Source: Squalus acanthias
Lineage: Eukaryota
Assembly: GCA_030390025.1 (NCBI GenBank)
Contig: CM059432.1
Span: 40,612,001 to 40,676,000, forward strand
Direction of reading: 5' to 3'
Length of the DNA: 64,000 nucleotides
Of the stretch, positions 11,606-24,576 are shown in pieces. The position numbers and the translations under genes were made by a program. Position 1 is the first letter of the stretch; every line of letters starts with the position of its first letter. The notes beneath the pieces were generated by a model. It had not been told where the DNA came from, ran no database searches, and saw only the letters and a list, made by a program, of their open reading frames with translations.

Positions 11606-14600
11606 ATAGAGTACAATTGGTCTCAGCTCTCCTGAGATACAAAAGGCAAAAATCATCTGACGTTCTCACTCTTGATTGCCACCCAGTCATCCTTGCTAAA
11701 TTCCTGTGCATAGACTTTTGGTGAGAACAGGATTGTGATGCCTCCTCAGATCAAATATCCTGTCAACATTCACTTTTTGGGTTCACACCTGGAGAATGGC
11801 TATTTGGGAAAGGTACCCAAGGCACTCAGTGCTTGAGAAACTATACCCCAGCCAGGGGTGAATGCCTTCAGGAGAGGAGGGAAGAAGAAAAGAAATTTAG
11901 CTGGTCACATCTCTGTGTCACAGGGCAGTCTCCTTAAGATGGCTGTCACTTCGAAAGCCCTCGGCAAAAATGTACATGAGGGGGGATCAGCTGACCTTTT
12001 GTTTGCGATCCCACTGCCTGCCCCCAGAGATTGTACATTGCCAGGTTAGTCTCCTCCCCAAATTTAAAATTAAACAGGAGGCTTGGAGAGTGTTCTTGGC
12101 ATCAAGTTCATCATACCAAAATCAATGGGCTGCCCCAGAATCAGAGACAGAGCTCCTGTCGAAAAATAGAAGTCAGGAGAGCATAACTCCTCCCCCTCCA
12201 CCACCACCCCCCTCCACTTTCCACAATTCCATCTCCCACTCTGAGCTTTAACAACAGGTTTTCCTATGCTAAAATAGTGGAGGCACATGGCTGGAGAATA
12301 TAAAAAGAGTCCAGTGCACAGAGTACGAGTCTTTTTGCTCGGCCAGTTGTCAGCTGAGTTATAATCCCATGAATTCAGGACTACCCATTTGATGCAGATT
12401 ATCATACAAGGTATAGAGATGCATCAGGGAAGGCTGCAGACTACAGCAGATTTTCACCAGGATGGCCAATTCAGCAGAACAAGGTTGCAGTTGGCTTGCT
12501 CCTTTGCACTGGTCATGCCCTAGTACTGCTGTTCAGATAGAGACCAGTGCTTTGGCATAAAAGGTTGTGTACTAGGTCGTATTGTGCTGTGCAGGTTGTG
12601 TAGTGGTCAGGAGAATGTGATGTCAGATGATGAGGGAAGTTCCTCCATGGCACAGAACCAATAAAGAGCCCAAATGTTTCTACAACTATTTCCACAGCTT
12701 CGGTTTATGATTGCTTAAAGCTCCTGTGAAGCACCTTGGGATGTTTTACTATATTAAAGGCTCTATGTAAATGCAAGTTGTTCATTGACTAAACAATCGG
12801 CCTTTGGAGCCAATTTTTATCCAATCAAAAAACATGTTTTAGCAAGTTTTCCCAATACCAAAGTAGATAGTGAAAGCCAGGAGGAAGAGAAAAGGGAATC
12901 TTTTTTTTTCTTCATTTTTTAGAAAAATAAGCTATAGAAATGATACATTAGATGGAAAAATAAAGTAAATGTAGACCAGAGAGTGTGGGAAGAAAGAAAG
13001 ACTAGGGCAGGAATGACATTGAGCAAAACTAAAATGTTATTTTTTCAATTAAAATTGTATTTCTTGGAGTTTAATTTTGAAGTCCAGGGTTAACATTATC
13101 GTAATTAAGCGACTGCTGATATCCAAATCACTTTATTAGTGCTCACTTCAGGTCACAGTGCAGGAGCTAAAAACTCACAAAGCTAGCCAGTGAGACAGTC
13201 ATTTCCTGTCAGCGGTCAGAGAGTTAATTACAGAATATCGATTACCTTACTTTTCATCATTTGAGAGTCAAAGGACCAGAACCAGAAACTGGAGAAGAAT
13301 AAAAATGTGAGTAATGTTAAACTATAATCATTCCTCATCACAAGACAAACATCTAACTTTTGTTTTTGCAAAGGATTTTTTTTTTTTTTTAAGACCCTGG
13401 TAATGGTTGCTGTGCTCAGAGAGTAACCAGACAATGACCACCTGTGAGCCTGTCAGGACAGCATTAAGGAGCTCTGCAATGATCTTGCTTTAGTCAATCG
13501 CTGTGAAATGTCTCCTGTGGGTCTTTTCTGTTACATGTTTGCTCTTTTGTTAAAAGGGATAATTATAGATGGCAGCACTGTGAGAAAGAGTGATTAAAAT
13601 GGCCGACTGAAGATTCTTTGCTGTGAGATACACTCCCTGCCTTCGCCTCAGCTTCGTATGTTGCTCCAGATAACAACAAAATGCAAGTTCATTGCCACAT
13701 CTTCAATTGACCAAGATAGCTGAATAGATCAGAATTGTGCAACCAGATCTCCATTTGGTACATTCCAAAGTATTTTATGTTTTTCCAAACTGAAACTTGT
13801 GGACTAAAAGGTCACAGGTTCGATCCCCAGTCTGTGCTGAACTAACTCAGCCAGGGGAGTCATTGGTGCACTATAACTCAGGGCCCATGTACTAGGAAGG
13901 CAAAAACAGTGGCTTTGAGGTGACTTCTGTTGGAAAGAGAGAACGTCGAGCTGATGTACAAGTCCAGCCATGATCATATTGAATGGCGGAGCAGGCTCGA
14001 TCGGCCGTATGGCCTACTCCTGCTCCTATTTCTTATGTTCTCATGAAAGTGTGATTGTGTAGGTGATGGGCGAGTACAGCATTCGGCCCTAGGTGTGATG
14101 CCTTACATGATTGAATAGTTTGTGTTTCACTCACTGTCTAGGTTCACATAAAGGTGCCGAGTGAGAGCACAAATGTTCCCCCAATATTAATATTGAGTGT
14201 GGAATCTGAATAACTGACCTTTGCCTCATTCACAGCTGACTCCTCCTGGCAGCGCCCTCTGTGGGGCTTGCAGGAGTCAATTTGTGCTTATATCCTTAAG
14301 CCTCTGGGACTAACTGAATTTGCCAGGCTTGAGTTTGGAAATATCTGTGCTCAATGGTGAATTTAGGATTTACCCACCAATGGGAGGAGGGCTGAGAACA
14401 GATGTTTCAAACCGCTAGGCCCGTCAAATTCTGTATTAATTATTCATGTGTGAACCCGGATAGTGAGCACTAACAGGTTATTTGAACATTTGGCCTTCTA
14501 TTTGCAGAAAACAATCCCTCTGGGCCATCTGGAAACTTTAAAAATGGAAAGTGGTTGATTTTCAAAATTGAGGCTGAAGGGCAGCCCCAATAACTGAACG

Positions 14601-17600
14601 TGTTTTGCTAAGGACAGGATGGGGCTTGGCTGCAATGACCCCTCTCCCTGCTGAACGGTTGGTCGGCCTGCCAGCGCTCACCATCAACGTTAACACATGA
14701 ATAATTGGACAGTTGCATGAAGTACTAGAGGGCACCCTGCACACGTGGAACTGTACTCCAGCAAGGAACCAACAACTCAGCAGAGAAAAGGAAAGGAGAA
14801 AATTGGAGAGAAAAGAAAAAAAAATCCCATTACAAAAATTGAAGGCTTGCTGTCCTTTTACTTCTGTGTCTTCTGATATGGATGTATCAGTTATTAAAGT
14901 TTTCAATGTTTTTTCAGCTCCAACAAGCATCGATCCCAACCCCACCGTCCACTCCATTTCAGCCCCAGTTCAGTTTTGGACTTGGCAAAAGGTGGCAAAA
15001 CCTACCTACCCACCAGTTAGAGAGTGCAGGATGAAAGAAAATATAAAATATTTTGCAAATCCATGCACCATCTTAGTTCCTGATTTATCTGGTCTCCCCT
15101 GTCCCCAAACCTCTGCAATTGCAAGATAGAGAGAGAGCCTGAGGAGGACTTTTCCTCTCATTCTCACACATGTGAGAAAGCCTTTGGTCGTTCTTTGGCT
15201 CCTCACCATGGTCTCCTGCACTATGGGCCTCAGTCCTCATGTTTGGTCTCTTAACTTAAAATAAATGCCACAAATTGACTTCCTTGCATAGCATAAAGAC
15301 TCAAATGTTAGAGGTGAGTTTTATAATTAGCAAAAGAGAAACAGATTATAATTCTTTTAAAAACATAGAGCAATGGATATTTAGCAGCCAAAACCTGTTA
15401 AATGGGACATTCTGTTGGCAATATGGTTATCACAAATATTAGCTTCCATTCATTAGGTAAACTCAATCAGCATTGATCCAACTGCAAAGAGCAGCTAATG
15501 CTGCAGAGAAAATATCCTCTATTTCCCATCTGACGAAGCAGCCATGGAACAATGGAAGCCTAGAACATTTTACAAGTGGGCAGAACTATGAAAATAAAAT
15601 TCAACATAGATAAGTGCAAGGTGTTAACATTAGAAGAAAAATGGTGTAACTACTTTCTCAATGAATGGTGTTGAACTGGCTGTGGCAGGGGTTAAAAGTA
15701 GGAGTGATAGTAGACTCAGCACTTACTTTGTCCAGTCATTGCAGAGTAGCAAACAACGAAGCAAAGAGAATGCTTAACTATGCTCCAAAAACAGTAGAGC
15801 TTAAGCCTGAGGTTATCATGCTGAAGCTAGATAGCGCTGTGATCTGCCTGCACCTTGAGTACTGCTTTCAGTTCATGAGGCTTGTTGAGTTTCTGGATCT
15901 TTGCCAATTAACCCTTTCACTCCTAAGTTCCAAAAGATTCGACTTGACTCATATTGGTGACAGTAATTATATTTTATTCAGTGTAAGTGAGACTTGATAC
16001 ATTACAGCATCTGAGCAGTAGCTAAACAAGGCGCAATCAAGATTTATATTACCCGTTATGCCCTGAGTAGAAGACGCGATCTCCACGAGTCCACCCCCAT
16101 CGGCCCTGGCCTCTAGGCTCACTTGTCCACCTGGTGTGACACGTGTGGGTCCTCCGCCAACCCGAATCACTTCTCTGTTCGTCTGGTGGATGTTCCCAAG
16201 CTTTTTGCTGAATGCCTCTACAACCTAAGTGTCTGAGAGACCCCTTCTTATACCCTTACTCTCATTCAAAACCTATGGAATCCTCCTGAACCAATCGTTG
16301 GCCGACACCCCAAACCCAAAATCTAATCATAAAGATGCCACGTCCACAGCATCTTGGCTTACGCAGGTTCTAGTCTTATGACACCCTTGCATCATCTGTT
16401 TTTGACCATCAAGACTCATATCTGAGGTAGTTATGGAATACAAAAGCAACATGTCTCCATAGTGTCCTTGCTGTTCACTGTGAGAGGCCGATATTTTTAA
16501 TTCACCACAGATATCATAACATTCCAACACAGTGGAATTAATGCTTATAAGATATCAAAACAAGTATTCTAAAACTCAACTAACCATGATAATCTTACAG
16601 TCCCTCTGCCTCTTTTCTCAGTCTCTGGAATTCCATTAATTCTTCTAGTTCTGTTCCTACATTACAACAGTGACCACACTTCAAAAGTACTTCATTGGCT
16701 GTAAAGCGCTTTGAGACGTTCGGTGGTCGTGAAAGGTGCTATATAAATGCAAGTCTTTCTTTCTTTCAGTGGCAGCTACCCCTGACCTTGCTTCGCAGGC
16801 TAACTGCCCTCTATTTGACCATGGCAATTCTCTTTCGCACCCCAGGCCGTCTGGTTACAGCTTACTCACAGATTTTTATAAGCAAAAGGGTTACATGTCA
16901 TGTATAATTCAGGTTATCATTGCATACAATTGATGATGACAGACTTTTACATTTAATTCTGGCACATGATTATAAATGCCTTACTGATCATTAGAAGATA
17001 TTAATGCTTAAGATATCAAAACAAGTACTCTAAAAATCAACCAACCATGATAATCTTACAGTCCCTCTGCCTCTTATTTCAGTCTCTGGAATTCCATTAA
17101 TTCTTCTAGTTCTGTTCCCACAGACAAGCTGTCTGTTTTATTCTGCTAGGGAAGCATCTTTAATTTAGCCAAGTAAGGCCCAGCGCCTTGGTTTCTTCCA
17201 TTTAAAAGCTAATCAGGTCCACCCAGGGCATATTACAACAGGGTTTACATGTATGATTATAAGTGCAGAGAAACATTCAAGCCCTGGAGGTGGTGTAGGA
17301 GAGAGTGACAAGGCTGATCCCTCCCCTCCAGCCCTATGTCCCTGTGAGTTGGTTGGAGGGGGAGAGCGGAGTTGGTGCTGGAGTACTCAATGGACTTCGA
17401 GGGAGTAATGGCCAAGTACATGGATAAAATGCTATTGGGATGGATTCATGGAAAGAGGATCAAGGATCTATCAAGTAGGCCAAAATGGGCTGAAATTTTC
17501 TTCCAACAATCTAATTAGACTATGGTGTCACAAGCATGGACCAATGTTGAGATCTGATTGATTGGTGCTGCCACATGTTTAGCATAGCCCAATCAGTATC

Positions 17601-18524
17601 ATTAGAGGCTCACTACAGTAAGACAATCATGCAACATTATAGACACAAGCTTTTTGGGGATTTGGGACATTTTTCTATGTTAAAAGGGGCTACATAAATG
17701 CAAGGTTTTGTTGTTATAACATAGATGTTTGAATACTGTATTAATTAAGAACCCATTAGTATTCAAAATTTGAAAGGGATGTTGCTATGTGAGGGATTTA
17801 CTTTAATCATTTGGTTTTTGAATATGTATTTGATGAGCATCTCATCAGCATGCTATCCACAATTGTTTCCCACATCACACAGTGACAATTACTGATGCAC
17901 AAAAAGTCAGATATTTGTGGCACTGTGTTCCCTCCTACACAAAAAATGAAATTCATAGCATTGATTTATTATTTATGTGTAAAGATGTGGGAATACTGTG
18001 GAAACATTTTCTCTCATCAGATGTTTTGTGTGTTCATTGTTAGATCTAAGATTTTGAAACTAGCAACTCACCTTACAATTTCCAAGAGTTCAGTATTGGA
18101 TCCAGTAGCCTAGATGTTCTGATCAGATGCAAGCCAGACCGGATGTAGGCTGGTGCGAGAAGTGCATCTGCCTAACCCACAGTGCACTGACCGTTCTTCT
18201 ATTTCCAAGATCAATGTAATTTGCACAATGGCAGCCCGTACCCGGAGTGAAAGACATGTCACTGGGAGCTTGCTCGTTGGTGGACGGGAAATCAGAAGCT
18301 GCTGTAGGATAGAATGGTTTTCAACAATTTAAAGGGGCAGTCCTGACAGCTTCTGACTTCGAGTCAGCAAGCTTCTTTTGTCGTTCACAATATCTGAATC
18401 GAGGACTGATGCAAAGAGAAAAGCCCATTTTTCAGGAAGAAGTGAGCTCTGTTTGGAATGGAGCATCGTAGGACCCACATCTGTAATGTGGGAAACAATT
18501 GTGGATAGCATGCTAATAATAGAA

Positions 18525-19168
18525 GGCATATGAGATAATTTCCTTTATTAGCTGAGGAATAGAATACAAGGGCAGGGAGATTATGCTTGAACTGTATAAA
18601 ACACTAGTTAGGCCACAGCTAAAGTACTCCATACAGTTCTGGTCACCACATTACAGGAAAGATGTAATTGCACTAGAGAGGGTACAGAGGAGATTTACGA
18701 GAATGTTGCCAGGACTCGAGAATTTTAGCTATGAGGAAAGATTGGATAGGCTGGGGTTGTTTTATTTGGAACAGAGGAGGCTGAGGGGAGGCTTAATTGA
18801 GGTGTATAAAATTATGAGGGGCCTAGATAGAGTGAATAGGAAGGACCTATTTCCCTTAGCAGAGAGGTCAATAACCAAGGGCATAGATTTAAAGTAATTG
18901 GTAGAAGGATTAAAGAGGAGTTGAGGAGAAATTTTTTCACCCAGAGGGTGGTGGGGGTCTGGAACTCACTGCTTGAAAGGGTGGTAGAGGCAGAAACCCT
19001 CATCACATGTAAAAAGTACTTGGATATGCACTTGAAGTGTCGTAACCTAGAAGGCTACGGAGCAAGAGCTGGAAAGTAGGATTAGGCTGGCTAGCTCTTT
19101 TTCGGCTGGCACAAACATGATGGGCCGAATGGCCTGCTTCTGTGCCATAAATTTCTATGATTCTATGA
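18525..19168 (+). mobile_element. CR1 LINE 3' fragment
   Basis: ORF 18583-18897; TTCTATGA repeat tail. Confidence 0.88.
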
Positions 19169-19320
19169 CCCCAGGTGAGTTACCCAACAAGAATGGCAGG
19201 AGGTGGCCATCAGCTCTGAGCACCATGTCACACACCTGCAGGCAATGCTGGAACAAGTTTAATGACTTTACCAGGCTGGGCAAGGCAAAAAAAACACTGT
19301 TGCCTTCCATTAATTCAGTA

Positions 19321-20381
19321 ATGAGAAGTCGCACAACACCAGGTTATAGTCCAACAGTTTTATTTGAAATTACGAGCTTTCGGAGCTCTGCTCCTTCTTC
19401 AGGTACAGTGAGGGAATACAAATCGATTACACAGTATATATAGACAGAGAACAATGTGTCTGCAGAGATACAATCCGTCAGGGAGGCATTACATCAAAGA
19501 CACAGCAGGGTACAGCTAAGACAATGAGGTGGGTCACAGGGGGTCCAACGTGTCAAATGCTGCAGACTGCAGTTAAACTTTTTTTTTAAACTGGAAAATC
19601 AGACAACGATGTCGAGTCACGTTCTGTAACGTGACATGAAACCGAGATCCCGGTTGAGGCCGTCCTCATGGGTGCAGAACTTGGCTATCAGTTTCTGCTC
19701 GATGATTTTGCGTTGTCGTGTGTCTCGAAGGACGCCTTGGAGAACGCTAACCCGCAGATCCGAGGCTGAATGTCCTTGACTGCTGAAGTGTTCCCCGACT
19801 GGGGAACGTATGAACGGACACTGCGCAACAATCGCCAGGCAGGATTGTTACCTCCCAGTCGGGGAACACTTCAGCAGTCAAGGACATTCAGCCTCGGATC
19901 TGCGGGTTCGCATTCTCCAAGGCGGCCTTCGAGACGCACGACAACGCAAAATCATCGAGCAGAAACTGATAGCCAAGTTCCGCACCCATGAGGACGGCCT
20001 CAACCGGGATCTCGGTTTCATGTCACGTTACAGAACGTGACTCGACATCGTTGTCTGGTTTTCCAGTTTTTTAAAAAAAGTTAAAAGCTTAACTGCAGAC
20101 TGCAGCATTTGACACGTTGGACCCCCTGTGACCCACCTCATTGTCTTAGCTGTACCCTGCTGTGTCTTTGATGTAATGCCTCCCTGACGGATTGTATCTC
20201 TGCAGACACATTGTTCTATGTCTATACATACTGTGTAATCGATTTGTATTCCCTCACTGTACCTGAAGAAGGAGCAGAGCTCCGAAAGCTCGTAATTTCA
20301 AATAAAACTGTTGGACTATAACCTGGTGTTGTGCAACTTCTCATTTTTGTCCACCCCAGTCCAACACCAGCATCTCCGCAT
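19321..20381. mobile_element. Palindromic 5'-truncated Penelope-like element (inverted arm plus sense arm with 3' tail)
   Basis: Arms 19321-19803 and 19854-20344 are reverse complements; GIY-YIG C-terminal ORF 19810-20040; TSD CATTAATTCAGTA at 19308-19320 and 20382-20394. Confidence 0.9.
20260..20294 (+). ncRNA. Minimal type I hammerhead ribozyme motif (mirror copy 19371-19405 on minus)
   Basis: TAC-CTGAAGA-A-GGAGC aga GCTCC-GAAA-GC-TC-GTA. Confidence 0.85.
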
Positions 20382-23300
20382 CATTAATTCAGTATACTAA
20401 GCATCCACGTCATTTACAATTACCTTCCCTTCACACTTGCACTTCCAATGCTGACCATGGGCGCGATTGTGCAGAAGGTTCACTTAGCACTATAAGTCTT
20501 CCATGGAACCGTTACTTCACTCACACTTTGCATGCAGTCAGTCAAAAATATTCTTCCAATAGTGCCAGAGCATATTATCCTTCATGGGCTGCATCTGACA
20601 CTTGGGTATCACTGCATATCATCAAGACAATGACAACCTCCCAGTTCTACCTTGAATGCAGGACAGCTCATAAGTAAAGAGAGCGACCAGACACAGGAGG
20701 ATGACCCCCTAATATTTCTCCTGTTACCCCATATAAGGAAGAAGCCTTACAAAACTTGGGGCTAGGGGGCTGGATACAGTGATGTGGAAACTCACAGTTT
20801 GTTGCAATCTTCTGCTATTTTATCTCATCCTATTCTCTCATTCAATCATTGGTGACAAAAAATATACCGAAGAACTTTACTATGTCAATCTTTCTACTGC
20901 AAACAGTAAATGAAGGATGTTCAAAAGGACACTATAGGAACCTCTGTTCTTTTTCTGTTTCTCCAGGTGTTTCATAGGGAGCTGAGCCAGGACTCATTAC
21001 ATCTGCAAGCCAGCCCTTCTTATGATTCACTATAATTCCTTGCAACCGCCAGCTTAGATACAACTACCATGGGGATATTTAGATAGTGACTGCACTGGGC
21101 AAAATACAGAGCATACATGAGCAAGAGGTGATGGTGGCAAATGAGCAGGAGGAACATGCTGCCTGGAGGATCAGGTTGCATCTCACTCATCTATCAAAAC
21201 TAGAGACCTGGGGCTTTTGGACCTGTATTTAAAATAAAAATTCACTTTGTGTACCAAGTGCGTTATCCCTAGGGACTATCTCACGCAGCATACTGCGGAT
21301 AACAATTTCGGTAGAGTTCTCTAGCAGCATGTATGCAGCCTTTCACGATGGTTTCACAGAACTGAGCATATGGAAATTCTACGGACATCTGCAGCAGAAC
21401 CCCCCATAGCAGAGGACCAAAGTCTAGTTGGTGCTTCTGTAATGGATGTTCAGACTGCTACTATAAAGGCTAGTGTTCTAGAGTGGAATGGGCTATGAGA
21501 AAACAATGGTGGAGGAATGATACTCTTTCCTTGGGTGTCTTTAGCATACCCTGCAAATATGATGCAAGTTCAGTACTCTCACGCTCCCAGCAGGGAAATT
21601 GCACTCGAAGGGAGCACAGGTCAGAAATAGGGCTACAGAAATACCCTTGGGGCATTCCTCCCACTGGACCACAGAATTGGTGAATTTACCCGACATTATT
21701 TTCTGAATGTGCTGGCAAATACGTTGTGGCAGAATGTTTACACAGCGTTGTTTATGTTTATTGCACTATATTGACAAGCCTTTCAATTTGGACACCGTTG
21801 GTCATTTTGATGGTTTCCAAAAGAAATATGAACCCATCCACTGAATGGCCAGATATAACATTGCAGGCATATGCACCATATACACATCTGGAAGATTATT
21901 GCTGCTTAACTATTTCCTACAGTTGTGCCAGTCAATGTCCTTCATCTCTAAAGAGCCAGATTGAAAGCTGGCCCAGAAAAAGAGACTGCAGGTTTCTGCT
22001 GGTGGCAATTGAGAGACAAAGGCCAAGCTAAATTCTGTCAATCTCACAGCAATCAATAAGTATGGGTCTGAAAACACAAATCACCCAGATGCAACATTTC
22101 ATTGTGAATAAAATTTCAACTCTAAAGAGTCTAGAATGGATAGTGTAAAGCCCATTAATAGTTGATTGATGCAAAGGGACACTCTTGGAGGATTGCGTGA
22201 TCAAAGAATTACAGCAATTTTATCTAATCTGTAAAAAGATTTTCAAAACTGGACTAGATTAGCGTAGACTAAAGAAGAAAAAAAACTTGCTTCAGTTTCA
22301 GCCTTGAATTTAATTGAAGTTGGATTCATTCAAATGCTGTGACCTCAATAGTAGGGCCAGCAGTGAGAGGATTGCAAGATTTCATTAGTACTAAAACTAA
22401 AATTGCTAATTAGCTTGCCCGGAGTCAGCATACCTAGCCGAACATTGCATTCTCCAGTAATGGGTGAATTACCAAGGCACGAACTTCAATTGAAAAGTTA
22501 AGGAATGAAATACATTTAACTCACAATAAAAATTAACAGTGAGTGCAACAAAAGGCTGTTGTTTACAAAAAGGCAAGATCTGCTTTGATACAAGATTTTT
22601 TTTTATTGGATTTGAGGAACGAAGATAAAAGACGTGTCTAATAAATTGTCTAATGCGATGAGACTCCAAGGTTGTACATAAATTAAATAAAAAACAGATG
22701 CTGGAAAAATCTAAGGATATCGTTGGAAAATCATAAATAACTGAAAGTTTTTGTTAAATCTCTTAAATTATTTCTTAAAATGAAGTCCAAGAAAGAAACT
22801 TGGAAGGGACAGAAGAGAGGATCAGCCCTAAAAAGTCAACAGGAATCCCTTTAAAAAAAATGGAGACAAGGCAGAGGTAGTCTGTGCCTCCACCAGCTAA
22901 TCTCTTCTTTGAAGGAGGACGGTTTTATTCAGATGCCTGCAACTAGTTAGAGTCTGTCCTTTAAATATATATACATATTTTTAAATTCTCATATGTTCAG
23001 AGATTTTACCATGAATAAAATAATCAGTTGGATTCCAGCTGCTTGCTTTTGTACTGATATGAGAGTGTTGCCCTAATCCTGCAAACATACCTTGAATTAT
23101 TTATTAGGAGAGAATGGATTGAAGTGAATAATAAGCCTGTTGGGTGAGAACTGCTAGTTAAATCAGCAGAACTTGCAATACTCAAAATTACTAGTTAACT
23201 CTTGTAAACATATGCAATGGACGCCGTCTTCGTGGACAAATGTTTGGTAAACTATTTTTAGAGAGAGAGAGTGAAAAAAGTCACACTCCCTTTTTGTCAC

Positions 23301-23479
23301 AAAGACATCATGCATAAATGATGTGATGATGCATTTCAATGCAGTTAACATCATTATAAACGAATGAATAAAGACTTGCCAAACATTTTCTTTACTTTTC
23401 CCCCCTTTTTGGACCAATTTTCCAACTCTCCTTTCCTGAAGTTATTGACTCCTTACTGGACTATGGTTCCATGGGCACC

Positions 23480-23782
23480 AGACCCACAACATCTACCATC
23501 TAGAAGGACAAAGGCAGCAGGTGCATGGGAACACCACCACCTCCAAGTTCCCCTCCAAGTCACATCATCCGGATTTGGAAATATATCGCCGTTCCTTCAT
23601 CGTCGCCGAGTCAAAATCCTGGAAATCCCTCCCTAACGGCACATTGGGAGTACCTCCACCGCATGGACTGCAGCAGTTCAAGAAGGCGGCTCACCACCAC
23701 CTTCTTGAGGGCAATTAGGGATGGGCAATAAATGCTGGCCTTGCCAGCGACGCCCACATCCCAGGAATTAATATATAAAAAA
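23480..23782 (+). mobile_element. 3' fragment of the same LINE family
   Basis: HHHLLEGN ORF end plus shared tail. Confidence 0.85.
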
Positions 23783-23989
23783 GGTGTCCTCGTCAAAGCG
23801 ACCATTCTTCACAAGTGAGACTTAACAATGAGCGTCAACAGGCTTTCAACCGTAATCCTAACAACTGACATAAGCATAACAACTAAAGCTGATCCTAACC
23901 TAGCCTGAGATCCTTATAACAGAGCTCAATCGATCCTGCTCAGGAGTAGGAACCATGCTTCATTTTCCCCTCGCTAATTTAAGGGTACT

Positions 23990-24321
23990 TTCTTTCTATT
24001 CGCTCATGGGATGTGGGCGTTCATGGCAAGGCCAGCATTTACTGGCCATCCCTAATTGCCCTTGAGAAGGTGGTGGTGAGCCGCCTTCTTGAACCGCTGC
24101 AGTCCATGTGGTGAAGGTACTCCCACAGTGCTGTTAGAGAGGGAGTTCCAGGATTTTGACCCAGCGACGATAAAGGAACGGAGATATATTTCCAAGTCAG
24201 GATGGTGTGCGACTTGCAGGTGGTGGTGTTCCCAAGCGCCTGCTGCCCTTGTCCTTCTAGATGGAAGAGGTCGCGGGTTTGGGAGGTGCTGCCGAAGAAG
24301 CCTTGGCGAGTTGCTGCAGTG
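23990..24321 (-). mobile_element. 3' fragment of the same LINE family, inside a degraded Deu-SINE
   Basis: ORF 24052-24372 matches the LINE C-terminus. Confidence 0.85.
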
Positions 24322-24456
24322 TAACTGATGCCAATTGAGGCGGAATTGCCAGCCTGACTGAGAGCAGCTCATTCAGTATAGGTCGGTATCCACCCAGGGA
24401 CCTTCCTGGTCTATGTAGCTCACTACTCACTGGATATTGTTTTCATTAAAACAGTG

Positions 24457-24576
24457 GGGGTAATTTTCCGAGTATATGGTGTCAGCGCATATCGGTAAAT
24501 TGCAGGCAGCGTGCCCGTCACATTGCTGGGAGGCAAAGTTCCTCGCCGCCAGCCCATGCTCGGGAAATCACTCCCA
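24457..24576. mobile_element. 120-bp MITE
   Basis: GGGGTAATTTTCCGAG ... CTCGGGAAATCACTCCC imperfect TIR. Confidence 0.5.

Noticed and set aside
15967..16190. GC-rich segment considered as cadherin exon 2
   Set aside because: No frame gives cadherin motifs; no second cadherin exon was recognised anywhere in 1-32919
18240..18490. Possible exon on the minus strand
   Set aside because: The phase-1 frame reaches a stop without a donor or cadherin motif
19321..20344. DNA transposon with long TIRs, or toxin/antisense locus
   Set aside because: The arms encode the PLE GIY-YIG end and hammerhead, are asymmetric (one-sided tail), and TSD lengths vary among copies
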